A DNA stretch of 64,000 nt from Amoeboaphelidium protococcarum X5. Lineage: Eukaryota; Fungi; Aphelidiomycota. The stretch's first letter is position 1. Every line of letters begins with the position of its first letter. Under the pieces are notes generated by a model, which was given only the letters and a program-made list of their open reading frames with translations, was not told where the DNA came from and ran no database searches. Made by a program: the position numbers and the translations under genes. The stretch covers positions 454,189-518,188 of the forward strand of contig JALDTO010000206.1 in the NCBI GenBank assembly GCA_023515725.1, given 5' to 3'. Of the stretch, positions 13,369-26,597 are shown in pieces.

Positions 13369-15598
13369 TATTTATTTGTGATATTGTTAGAATAATCAAA
13401 ATAGAATAGATAAAAGTCAATTAAATAGTATACGTGCCGTGTGGCTGAGCTCTATTGATCAAAGATCAAGAAACAAAGTGGCGTAGCAAATTTCTCCTTA
13501 TCCGAGACGACGGTTAAGGTTAGCGACAGAACATAAAACCCAACAGATATCATAGTAGAAACTGAAAAGCCTCATTAGTTTAAGAAGAGCTGTTAAATCA
13601 TCCCGAAAATACAATCACATTTCGTTTCAACTCTAGAATTAACGGCCTAAACCGAGTGCAACTTTGGATTTTTTATATATATTTACCTCATTTATTCATT
13701 CTTTCTCATTAACACGTAATCCTGATACGATTCCTTGTATTTTAGATTGCTTTTGAGGCTTAGCTCAAGGAAACGGTCTGCACACAAATGATTCCGTTAA
13801 AAATTAACATATTAGATTAGATCCGATTTAAAATAGAGACAAATAATTGAGCAAAAGACGGCGTCAAGTAAAGTGACGCATTGAAGGTTGTCCAAGCGGT
13901 AAAGCAACGGTATTGGCTAATGCTTTGTTCATTTCATTTGATTGGTTGCATTACCTTGTAGTTAAGTAAATTGCTTAATTTAGCTGTTACTATTCCTGCT
14001 GATTTTAGCATTTAAATATCATATTATAGAAAGGAAAAAATATTGAGAACTTTTCGAATCATGATCATCTAAGAGTTCGTAGTCTTGTCATTTCCAAATT
14101 TCGTACAAGCCATCGTGTGATACCTTCTTATGTGATTCAATATTGCTCTTTTGCACAATCTTCCAAAGGACAGCATCCGAATCTTCTGCTTCAACAAGTT
14201 CGTTACTGATGTGAATAAGATCTACTGAGGGTTTCGTCAAAGGATCGGTAGACAGATTTAGCTACTTAAATTTTTATGATAATCAGGACTGATCGTAAGG
14301 AGCAACTACGCCCCGTCAGCCTCAAACACCTTCTGAAACCAATCATATCTTTTGTGTCAAATCTTTTCTCAACATAAAAGCATTCTGAGGTAAATAAAGT
14401 TGTTCGCGGGGTATTCTATATAATCAGAATCAATATGCTATAAGGACCATCATACTAAAGTGGATAACAATAAATAAACATTCGCGTCAATTAGGATCTA
14501 GAAAATTATGAAAGTGAAAGTGATGTACATACGGTGTTATCTGTAGAGTCCTTGAACGATGAGAATTTGTAGTAAGAAGATTCTATGGAATTAAAGTTGA
14601 ATACTAACCGCTAATATTTGGATGAGATAGTACATGAATGGGAGTTAATGGGCTCTTCATCCATTGTTCCAGATACTGTACGCGTTATAAAAAAGCCCAC
14701 CGCGTCACAGTTGCAGCACTTGGTATTAAATCCTTATCTCTATCGCGGCCTGTAATAGATTACGTCTTTGGAACACTTGGCGGAAATAGTCGGCGCTCCA
14801 TCTACTTGGTTCGGTACTTATACGGAAAATGTAATGAACAATGCACTAATCCGCCGTTATTTAAGAAACTTTGTAGATTTGGAAGATAACTGTTACGCGT
14901 AATTGGTGCCGGTAATGCCAAGAAATAGAGTGTGTATCTCAAGCTAGAATCAATGACGGAAAGTGTTTGAAAATATCCGGTTTTGCTGAAATTGAATTTT
15001 TAGCGATAATCACGACTACCCCTGAAACAGGTAACTGGTTACATCTACAAACAACATTCTCCAGCAGAATTCACATGCCTAGAAATGCGTTTTTTGGTGC
15101 AGACACTATTTCATCTATATAGCTCAAAATAATGTGTTTCAAATTCTAATTTTTTCATTAAATAAAAATTCATATTTAATAGTATATGATACTGTACTAA
15201 TATTAATTGTTGCGGGAAAATAAAAAGGTTATAAATAGAAATAACTAAAGTAAAAAATTACAATGTTCTCCTCTAAGTAATTGGCGATATTAATTAGCTG
15301 CTTCATTTTCAATAGCGCAAGTAGAGTATCTTTAGTTGGCGTCATGTGTTGGTATTTTTGATTGATTTTTATGACCGCAGCTCGACTCAGCCAGTAAAGT
15401 GAAACTCAAAGCTTACCACGTTAACTTTCACTATAATTGTCAGAGATAAGAGCGTATTTTGACTACAAAAGGCTAAATGAACAAATTAAAACTAAAAAAT
15501 ATATATACGTTTAAAGCAACTGTTAGCGCGGTGTAATACAGAGATTCAATTATTCACTGAGACCATATCATATACCACAGCATTGTTACTGAGGCAAA

Positions 15599-18361
15599 TC
15601 ATTGTCGCCGTAACAGTTGCTATCCATCACTCTGCAGTGACTTTGCCAATATGTGAAGAGACTCAATAACGCGCTACGTCTGCTCTTATGGATAGAGACT
15701 CATTTGATTCTAACCTCCATGCCACACTACTTGATCCGATACCTTATGCTTCTTCTTCTACTACATTGTACCATTACTCTATTACAATTGCTACTGCTTC
15801 TCTTTGTCAGCTTTAAACTGCAGATATTTAAGGGAATGGAGTGGTCTTTTAGGAGGCTAAACGCGAGGTGGATTGTTGAACCAAATTATCTAACCATTCC
15901 TATTAGTGGTAACCTTCTACACAAGAAGTTCCGGTATATGATCACTTTGAGCCATTGAAGATCTGGTCGGAGGAAATGTCTATGCACTACTACTACTACT
16001 ACCGCGTTAATTGCTAGCCTGTCCAGCTGGCGGAGGAATCGGCGGCTGCAGCTATTGCTACTATTACTGCGGCTATAAGGGCGGCTGATGTTACAATCTA
16101 ACCATATTCGCCATCATCATATACATCTGCTACTGTTGTGGAGTGAGCTGCGCAAAGTTAACTTGACTCATATTCTGGAACTATGGGAGCATAGACTGAG
16201 GAATCTAAGGCATTTACATTGGATAGCCTGCAGGACCCATTGTAGGCCGATACTGCTAACCTTGTTGTTACTACTACTACTACAACAACTACTGTTACTA
16301 CTATCGTTGTTGCATCTGCACTGAAGTAGATAGACTCTTGCGATTGCGGTCACTGTTTTTACCTGCTTTACCTGAGGGACGCCCAAACTCTTGATCACTT
16401 ACACCCTCACTACTATCATCGCCTTCATCCTCTTCTGACTCTTCTTCATCAAATTCATCTTCTTGCTCGGACTCCTCTTCTACAGCAACCACTGCCCTCT
16501 TTCTAGCCTTCAACTAAAATGGGATATTACGCGAAGGTAGAAGGGAATTCAGTTTTGCAATTTCTTCATCCACAGTAAGTTTTTAAAGCTCCCTAGGTTG
16601 ATCCAATCTAATCAAAGCTGGTGGCTCAAACTCATCAATACCTTCAGGGAGACAGTCAGTCCATTCATTCAGTGGCACAATATCCAAACTATCGCCAGAG
16701 CTGATCAGCTTATTCTCAAAGAACCATACATCTTTCTACTTGTCTTCTCCGTTCCAGCCCATGTAAATACCTTTAACGTAATCAGGTTTGAACATGACAC
16801 AGCATCTGCCGCAAATGTCCATGGATCCATGCTCAACGTACTTGTCACTTAAGTACAGTTCTTTAGTATCAAGCTTGATGTCAACCAACTTCTCTTCCAT
16901 ATTCTTACCAGCGAAAGCCTTTTTAATGTTATCAGCCTGCAGAAACCACCTGGCAATAAAGCGATTCCGACCTGCCGCATTCTTCCAAATCTTGGCAATA
17001 ATTCCAATGGTGACATACTCTTCATCCTCATGCGATAGATACACGACATCACCAACTTCAAAAGAGGCTCTCTTGTACATAATCTCATTCAGCTCTTCCT
17101 AAATATCAGACTTTGGTGGGAAGTAGGCATCCAAATACTTGGAATAATCAATAGGCAAATCTTCTTCTGAATCTTCTTCCTGATCTTCATGATCAAGACC
17201 ATCAGCGCCAGCTTCTTGTCTAAAAGGGGACTTCAATTTGCCCACTTTCTTTTGTTATTACTACTACTTATTAACAGGAGGGCCAGAAGACTTACGTGGC
17301 CTTCCCACTTTACCTTTAGGCTTCTACACCGATGCCTATCCACTACCGTCTTTCCGTTTAACATCCCCGCCATCGATATCCATATCGTCTTCACCACTAC
17401 CCTCGATACCTGCCTACAAACTCTGCTATTATTCAGCGAGTACCATAGCTGCAAAATCTTCATTAGCAGGAGTGGGTAGACTCAATTGCTTCCTAAACTC
17501 TTTCAACACGGCCAGGGCATCTTTACAGACATCACTAGTGCTCTCATTAAAAGTAAATGCATTCTTCACCATGAGGACCATGTCATCCTGCATGGCCTTG
17601 GCTGGATGATCATATCCCTTCCGCTTGGCAGCTTTATCATAAGACGAACGCTCAATCTTCCCTTTGATTTCCTTCAATGAAATTGGGCTCTTAATCACAT
17701 CATAGTAGAAGGCATAATCCACTTTGGAAGGCAACTCCAAGAATAGTCCCGATATTAAATAATCACCATCTTTGAGATTAGATATAACTTTCCATGCCTT
17801 CAACAACTACTAACCTTCTGGAGTTAATTACTTCTTGCCTCCTGATGTAGTGGCGGTAGCAGATGACGGCTATGACTATGCAGACTTGGCACCCTCCTCC
17901 TATTCATTATTGCCGGTATTGACTGACTGATTCGATGAAGATTTACTCAGAGGATTCTTGATTTTGATCATTAAAGAACTTCTTCTACCAGAAGACTAAG
18001 TTTCGTTATTATTATTGTTAGCAGCAGCAGCAGATGTAACCGAATACTAATTAGTAAAACGCTCAATCTCCTAGGCATCCTTGTAGATTCTACTGCCCTT
18101 TCTATTGTAAGTCATTGCATTCTAAGTCATCAGAAGCACGTCAGCTTTAACATCATCCAAGGATGTATGCTTCTTTGATTGTATAACATCTATGGCAATA
18201 GGCTTCTTGATCAGCATGTAATAATCTGGATACTCCTTCTTGGACGGTAACTCCATAAAGAACTCACAGCAATCATGTCCACTCCTAGCATCTCTCAATC
18301 CTTTCAATCCCGACAAAAATGCCTACTTCTACTACTTGATACTTTACTATAAATTAGACAT
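15599..18361 (-). CDS. RSC1/RSC2 (polybromo-like) chromatin remodelling subunit: two bromodomains + BAH (920 aa)
   Basis: FMELPSKKEYPDYYMLIKKPI; FLELPSKVDYAFYYDVIKSPISL; BAH FEVGDVVYL...ELYLSD; C-terminal IIWFNNPP...HSLKYL. Confidence 0.85.
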
Positions 18362-18801
18362 ACCCAATCTAAAAAAATTACTAAATGCTTATAAAGAGGG
18401 ACTTGATTAATTTATGAATATTGAGATTTAGAAAATAATTAGAGGCAGAGAACTGAACAGAAAGAAAGCGTTAAAGAGGAAAGACGAAAGCAGTAAAGAG
18501 AGAGAGTAAGCGGTAAAGAGAGAGAGGGAGAACTCTGTGAGAAGCGAGGTTGCGGCCGTCAAAGAGAGGAAAGACGAACACGCGCGCGAAAGATTCAAAG
18601 CGGAAACAAAAGAAGAGGCGACCAGAGCAGAGAGGCATAAAGAAGAGAGAAAAGAGAGAGAGAGAGGCGACAAACCAGGAGCGATTCAAGATCCAATTAT
18701 CAGCGTGAGAAGTCCTTCTCTTACTTCATTACATTTTTTATTAGGAATTACGTATTACAAACTTTATTCGCTTAAATTCCAAAACACCTTAAATTGTAAA
18801 A

Positions 18802-20262
18802 ATGGAAAAGTTTATCGAGTATATTGAAAAGAACTAGGACGTGTTTGTGAAGGTGCTGAGCGATGCGGTGGCGATTCCATCAGTGAGCGCGTAGCTGTGT
18901 CATCGCAAGGATGTGTACAAGATGGCCGAGTTTATCCGTTCTCTCCTTGTGGAAGTCGATGCCTCGGTCGAGTATCGTCAGATTGGCAAGTAGGAGTTGG
19001 AGGGTGAGACTGTGGACTTGCCGCCGGTGGTTCTAGCGCGTTATCCCAAATAGAAGATGGAGGGAAAGAAGACTCTTCTGGTGTACGCGCACTATGATGT
19101 TCAGCCTGCTGCTCTGGAAGACGGATGGTCCAGTGAGCCTTTCAAGTTGACTGAAGATGCTCAAGGTCGCCTCTATGGTCGTGGCAGTAGCGATGATAAG
19201 GGACCACTCTTATGCTGGATCAACATTATCAAGGCGCATAAGATGTTGAATCTAGAGTTGCCAGTCAATCTGCTGATGTGTTTCGAGGGTATGGAAGAGT
19301 CTGGTAGCCAGGGACTGGATGATTTGATAAAAAAGGAGAAGGATCTGTACTTTAAGGATGCTGATTACGTCTGCATCAGCGACAACTACTGGTTGGGAAC
19401 TGAGAAGCCATGTCTGACGTATGGACTTCGCGGTGTGCAGTACTTTATGGTTGAAGTGCACGGGCCGCCTTCTGAAGATGGTAGTCGTAAGCATGGATTT
19501 GATCTGCACAGCGGTGTGTTTGGTGGTACTGTGCATGAACCAATGGTGGATCTGGTGAACGTCTTGTCCTCATTAGTCAAGCCCGATGGAACTATCCTGG
19601 TGGATGGTCTGATGGATCAAGTCGCGCCATTGACTGAGGAAGAAGAGAAGCTGTACAAGTCTCTAGACTTCTCCTTGGATGCCTTCTTGCAATCCACTGG
19701 TACCAAGTCTGCGATTACGGAGTAGCCTGCTGAAATTCTGAAGCGTCGCTGGAGATACCCAACGCTGAGTGTGCACGGTATCCAAAATGCATTCAGCGGC
19801 AGTGGTGAGAAGACTGTCATCCCGGGTAATCCAATCGGTAAATTCAGTATCCGCACTGTGCCAAATATGCAGCCAGATGAGGTGACCAAGTGCGTTTAGG
19901 CTCACGTTGAGAAGGTGTTTGCCAAGCTGAACAGTAAGAATGTGTGCAAAGTTTATTGCTCTCACGCCGGAAAGTGGTGGTTATCATCGCCTAACCATGA
20001 GAACTACGTCGCTGCCACGAGAGCCATCTAGAAGGTGTATGCGCCGAATGATCCCAACTTTAAGCCAGATTTTACCCGTGAAGGTGGTTCTATCCCGGTG
20101 ACTTTGACTTTTGAGGAGACTTTGAAGAAGAATGTACTGCTCTTCCCAGTGGGCAGATGTGATGATGGTGCACACTCAACTAATGAAAAGTTTGATCGTG
20201 GTAATTATGTGTTTGGCATGAAAGCTCTGGGCACGTATCTGTACGAATTGGGCAAGATTTGA
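18802..20262 (+). CDS. DUG1: Cytosolic non-specific dipeptidase, M20 family (CNDP2/Dug1; 486 aa)
   Basis: [55 protein letters not shown]. Confidence 0.93.
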
Positions 20263-20316
20263 GAATATTGAAAAGGAGATTGAATAAAGAAATATTAAAA
20301 GTACAGATAAATTAAG

Positions 20317-21360
20317 TCATTTATTCTATATGTAGTCACGCGTAATTTGTCCTGCAGTATGATCGCCAAGTTGATCTAGCAAGTGATTCCATAGTAGTGG
20401 GATCATATTCACCACGTCTGAGGTAAGTAGACTTCTCCCCAACTCCAAGTAAGTTTTGTGCATAAAATTGCGCACCACATAACACGCAGCTTGGCTGGCT
20501 ACTACGGGTATTAGTTGGTCATCTTTTAAATCGCCCAAATCAATCTCATGTTAAAATCGTCTCCAATTTTAGAAATCTAAAGGTCGATCTTTATAAGTTC
20601 CATCGAGAGTCAACTTACCCCAAGCCATGAATGCCGCAATGGCACCGCTTAACAAGTCTCCCTGACCACCAACTCTTCTCTGGCTCCCCTCATCCGATGT
20701 CCGAGTAATTTCAATATTTGGATAATGAGCAATTACATCACTTCTGGCCTTCTCAACTACGGTCACATGCTCGCCCATCTTGCGCGCCAATTCAATAGCT
20801 TTTACACTACTCACACTTTCCATATGCTCAGCTCCGAATGCTGATTAACATAATCGTTTAAACTCCATAACATTAGGAGTAAGTACTACGTTTTCGGAAT
20901 ATTGCAGGATCGATAAATTCTGACCAATCATATACAGCGCATCAGCATCAATAACCATTGGAATCTTCAACTCTTTGGCACGTTTGAACACCTCCACAAG
21001 CACGCGCTGCATCATCCAACTTCGCCCACAGCCAGGGCCTAATACGAGACAATGAAACTTTTCCATCCACTGATTGATCTAGGACATGGAGGAGGCTAAT
21101 GATTCTACATCTTCATCGCCTTTACTCACATCGATTACAGGCAACACAATCAGATCAGGACTGTAAGACTTTATCGCAGTGGAAGCAGATTTATCACAAA
21201 AGACGTACACCAAGTCTACACCAAGCTTGAATGCCATAGAAGCGCAAAAGTACGGTGCGCCAGTATACTCCTCGCATCCACCCACAATGCCTATTCGCCC
21301 ACACTATCCCTTATGCAATTAATCAGACAGCGGAGGTAGAAGATCTCGGACTGCTTCCAT
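20317..21360 (-). CDS. NAXD: ATP-dependent NAD(P)HX dehydratase (CARKD/NAXD; 347 aa)
   Basis: [61 protein letters not shown]. Confidence 0.92.
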
Positions 21361-21629
21361 AATTTATTAGAATCAATGATTTTACAGATTAGTTAAAGGC
21401 GGAACTTCCAAAAGTTGTTTAATCGCTGTAGCGCAAGATTATTAAAGTTATTGAATCATTCAGTCGTTATCATGTTTGCAAAGTCTGTCCAGGCAAACAA
21501 TATTCAAAAATGGTCGACAAAAACGTATCGATACAGAGGTCGAAGAAAATATGAAAGGAGACATTTATATATTTGGGTATCATCAAAACTCTATGATCAT
21601 GCTTCGCTTAAATTCATGAACTCACTCAC

Positions 21630-23489
21630 TCACTCAGTACCTGAGGATGATGATGATGAATTAGTGGACGTGAAAGACTTCTTGTACTTGGTCATTTTCT
21701 AATCAGTATTGGCAACGCGTTCAGTCTCAACAACAACAGCACAGATCACAGTGATATCGTCTATCTTACCACCCTCCGTATCATGAAAATTATTCATCTG
21801 GGCATCTTTTGCAAATGGACTCAATCGAGGAGACAGAGCACAGACTGCAGCCTGACGCGTTAATTACTCTGACAGTTAATTCAGCTTGCTCTGCAACTGC
21901 TCACTACCAAGTCCGATATTAACTTGACTCTTTGCATCCTAGTTCTCTTTGTCTGTGTTCTGATTGGCCGCACTGCCTCCCAACATGATATCCACAGCTA
22001 AATCCTTCATCACAGATCCTACAATCTTTCCAATATCTTCAGGGAACAGGTTGTCGAACAAGCCATCAGAGGCCATAATAATCAAATCGCCATGCTTTAG
22101 AGGGCCAAATGAAGACTTGAACGCGTCGGACGGCTTGTCACACATAAAGTACCTCTTGTGGTGCTCACTTATCGATGGAGGAAGTTTTGCCAGTTGAAAT
22201 GGAGCATTAAAGTAATGCTGCGCTTCTGTAGTCTCAAACACAATCTATGGCTCTGGTGTCTATGACAAGATCTTCTTTCTCTTTTTAAAGCTAGAGAATG
22301 CAGACGCCATACCTCTAGATGATAGTGATGATGATGATGATGTAGCCAGTGAGGATGGGGAGCCAATTGAACTATCGCCATCAGAATGGTCACCTTTGGA
22401 GAGAAGCATAGAACGGGCAAATGCTTTAGGATCCTTGTTCTGGACTATTGCTGACGGCTGAGTATTGACAGAGCGAGGGTTGTCTTCACTAATAATAGCA
22501 TTAGGAATCTCATCATTCATCTGACCAAATCTAAATACAAAGAAGCCAGAGTCACCCAAATTGGCACTGTGCAGCATCCCAGACTATCTGTCAAACAAAG
22601 CGAGACAAGCAGTGCTACTTCCACCAACTACATTCGGACTCTACAGGACATTCTAATACGCTTCATGCATCAAATCCCAAGGCATAACTAGTTTGGAATC
22701 TGCACCGGTTTGAGACTTATTATTGTTATTGTTACCGCTGACAATAGACTTGCATTAATCCATCAGCTCCCATGCAAAGATGGCCGGGTTAATTTCCAAC
22801 TGCGTCCATCCACCAACACCATCGGCCACACCAAAACTGGTACAATTCTAAGCATCGACCAAAAAGTAAGCATCTTCACCTGATATAGCTCTACCATTAT
22901 CCAAATGCGACCTGGCCATAGCTGTGTCCCAAACACCAGCCTGAACCAGAGTTTTAGGGAGACACGATATGGAGTTGATCATCGAATATTTAGAACTAGA
23001 TGGCCCATTTGTGGAAAATTAACGCTTGGACATGTAAGATGATCTAAGGTAAGAGGATGCTTTGATAGTAGACGAAGACGACACAGTTGACAGTTCGTGA
23101 GTCTAATGCTCCGCATCAAAGGATACCAGAAGACTGTCTTCATAGTCATTCGATATAGATTATAATTCAAACGACTCTTTGTCAGCACCTGCACCTATAA
23201 CACCATGATGTGTATCGTGAACATCATGAGAGTATGCCACATCAAAATCAGCATAACTTTCAACATCCATGTAATCTGACGACGCTACAGAGATATTCTC
23301 ATCCTACATAGTCTATGCTGCAGATAGGGGATTAGCCAAAGAGGCAGTGGACTTGTATCTCCAACTATAAGCATTCTATGTATCTTCAGCAGTATTCAAT
23401 GATGAACTGATGTGTTATTATTAAACTCCTTTGAATGAATTTATAGCATTCTGCCTAAAAGCATTCAAGCTATGAGCAACGTTCTTCAT
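21630..23489 (-). CDS. PTC7: PP2C-family phosphatase PTC7 (619 aa)
   Basis: GEDAYF, GVADGVGGW, GGSSTAC, ANLGDSGF, QHYFNAPFQL, ASDGLFDNL, GKIDDITV. Confidence 0.9.
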
Positions 23490-24856
23490 TGATATCAGCG
23501 GTGCAAATGAGAAGTTATTCGTCGACTCTTTTCTATTACTTTTCTATCCATGTGAATCTCCTTCTTAACTTTAGCTTCCAATACCGTTACTACTACTACC
23601 ACCAATTGAAGGAGATAATACAGTCATTCGTCCAACTTTACTCAAAATCCAAGAATTATAAATCAATTTCTATTCAGCAGGTAATTTCGAGATTCTATTT
23701 ATTATCATAACAAACCAAAAGAGTAATAGCCGTGATGAGAAGATATTCAATGGTACTGTAGGTAATATATGCTATTAGTCTTTCTACTCGGTAGTGCTAG
23801 TCTATCAATCTATCTATCAATCAATCAGGATAAATTAAGACGCAACGGCGAGGATTGGCAATGTGACAATTCAGCAGCAGGGAGATACTTTTTTGTATTA
23901 ACTAAAAATTACAATAAAAATTAGCACCCAATAATCACAATATCAGAGGTAGAGAGGGAGTATGAGAGTCTATGAGAATCTATAATATGATGAGTAAGTG
24001 CTATGTAATTAGAATAATATTGCAATGATATAATACTGTAAACGGTGAATGAGAGCGAGACGGAAAGTGTTTCACAAAACGCGAAAACGCGTCAAAGCCG
24101 ATCGCGACGATTAAGGTTAGCCCGTTAGTCTCTTTCAATCATATTCCTCTCACACAGTATGTTAGATGTATACGCGTTGCTTCCTATGAATGGATTTACA
24201 CGCAGATGCATAAATTCTTGATCATATCTTATATATTGAGAAGGAAATCTGTGTTGCTGCTAGTTTGTCAGATGTCCGTCAGATGAATCCTCACGCTCTT
24301 TGGTCACATTGTTTCAAATTGAATAAGGTCGCCACTACTACTATAGATCAGATATAAAGTTTTGGTTCCTCTATCACATCCGATGGTGTTGGCTGTTCTG
24401 ACTTCAATTCTACGGCCTGCATATCCTGCCCCTCCTGCTAGCCGATACGGGCTCGCTTACGATGGTATCGGATATCAAGTACTGAATGTAAACCATGAAA
24501 CGCGAGGCATAATCTGAATTGACGTCAATTGTTCGTGGCGTGCTTTTGGCTGCTTCTTGTGGTCGTTATGACCGAATACCAAATGTTATAACACTTCAGA
24601 CGCCATTTGCTGATGTAAGGCATTAGTTGGTGAAGGGGACAGTCAAATCACATCAAACAGCTTCTTATACTACATTAATACAATTCTCATCTTCATTTAG
24701 ATTTTTTTAACTAATAGTCGAGCGAGATCCTTTTTATTGGTAACAAGTGAAAGGGTGTGTATTTATTGCTTAGATTAACAATTTTGTTTGAACCTAATAA
24801 TTCTGGTTTAATAATAGTCAAATTCATAGCAATACTTTCCTATTTTTACTAAACTA

Positions 24857-25610
24857 ATGTAAAGCGACGTAGTAGAATTATTGTAACCGTACTCTAGCTG
24901 CGATGTAAGTTTTTGACTTCGGCTGCTTGTGACAATAATTAATGCTAGCATGTCGTTATGGGGGTATAATGTAGATTGCCGATGCTTTGTCGAAATTAGG
25001 CGATAGCAGTGGTGGTTATCTGCCTGGTATAAAATCGATTATTGGACAGGATAGAAATGTGAAATGTATTGGTCGCGCATTCACTGTCAAAATGGAGCCA
25101 GTTGATTCTGCTGAACAGTGCCAGTTTGAAGGCCACTATTTGGATTATGTAAAGGAGGGAGACTGTATTATCGCATCATCACCTCGAGGTTATCCAAATG
25201 CGGTGTTTGGTGGCTTGATGTCTCTACGTGCAAAGTATATGAAAGCAGCCGGAGTTGTCATTGATGGTCATCATAGAGACACTAATGAACTCCTTGACAA
25301 TGGATTTCCTACGTATTCTCGTGGTAGCAGTTGTTTAGGCGCGTCAAAATTCACTAAAGTTTCAGCGATTCAACTTCCAGTATCAGTATAATTTAATTAT
25401 GCTAGGATTCCATCGTTTTAGCAGTCCGTGATTATTACTCCTGGCGATGTAATAGTTGCTGATATCGATGGAGTTGTATGCTGTCCTTAGGCTAAAGTTC
25501 GCGAGGTTGCAGAGTTGTGCGCTCGTCTCACAAAGCAAGATAATCTATGTGCCCAAGATATTCAGTAAGGAATGTCCATAAAAGATGCGTTCAAAAAGAA
25601 CAGAGAGTGA
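24857..25610 (+). CDS. RraA-like / HMG aldolase (intron 24905-24973)
   Basis: SCD|IADAL, IGRAFTVK, AVFGGLMSLRA, GVVIDGHHRD, PGDVIVADIDGVV. Confidence 0.88.
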
Positions 25611-25654
25611 ATAGTAAAGATGAGCATTTAAATTCTTTCAGAGTTTTAAGTAGA

Positions 25655-26296
25655 TCACCATCTGTAGCGATGATTGCAGTAGCCACCAGGATTCAAGTCT
25701 AGGTACTGCTGATGATAGTCCTCAGCGCGATAAAAGTTCTGAGCGGGTGCAATTTGAGTCACAATCTTTCTGAAAGGTGAACCATAATGCTCTTTCTGCA
25801 CCTTTTCCAGAACTTGTTCAGCAATCTCCTTTTGTTCATCATCATAATAAAAGATGGCACTTCTGTACTAAGATCCAGTGTCATTTCCCTGCTTGTTCAA
25901 CGTGGTGGGATCATGAAAGCGAAAAAAGTGTTCAATCAGATCGGCATACTTGACTTTCTGCGGGTCATACTCGAAACGATACGCTTCAGCATGTCCAGTA
26001 TTTCCACTACATACCTGCTTGTACGACGGATTAGGATACTGCTTCTCGTCCCCGCCAGAGTATCCAACATGGCCGTCAATGATCTTGTCACCAAACTCCT
26101 TTTTCATGTACCGCTCTGTTCCCCAGAAGCACTACACTTATGTTACGTAATGATGTTGTATGAGTATACATTGGGCAATAAATATAGACATTCTTACCCC
26201 AGCGGCAATATTACAAAATTTATTACTAGTAACTTTTGGTGTATTCGATAGTAGTATAGACATTTCTGATGAATTTCCGGCTCCCATTGACGTCAT
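25655..26296 (-). CDS. MSRA: Peptide methionine sulfoxide reductase MsrA (intron 26132-26197)
   Basis: AAG|[51 protein letters not shown]. Confidence 0.93.
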
Positions 26297-26597
26297 AAAC
26301 TTGATAGAGAAGAAGATTTGTGGTCAAATACTTTTTAAGTGTTAATCAAATGCGTAATATTTATCAATAAAGAATTCAACATATGCAGAGAATGACGTCG
26401 ATTGAGAGCATTTGAAGCATATTGGATTTGACCACCGGGGATTGGCTGCTTTGAGATCATTATTGTGTCACTTTCAATTCCATTTGCTCTGAGGATTTAA
26501 GATCAGAGCGTGATACCGCGTTTATATCATAACTGAGTTGCAAAAGGTTTAGTAATTTGATTGAAACAACTCTTTTATTGGCGATTCGGATTACAAA

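Noticed and set aside
18428-18827. ORFs in the GA-rich stretch between RSC1-like and DUG1
   Set aside because: Low-complexity purine/pyrimidine-skewed divergent promoter and UTR region; the translations are compositional artefacts
24150-24700. Possible small minus-strand gene
   Set aside because: The protein-like frame lacks a start and is interrupted by TGA; no recognisable motif
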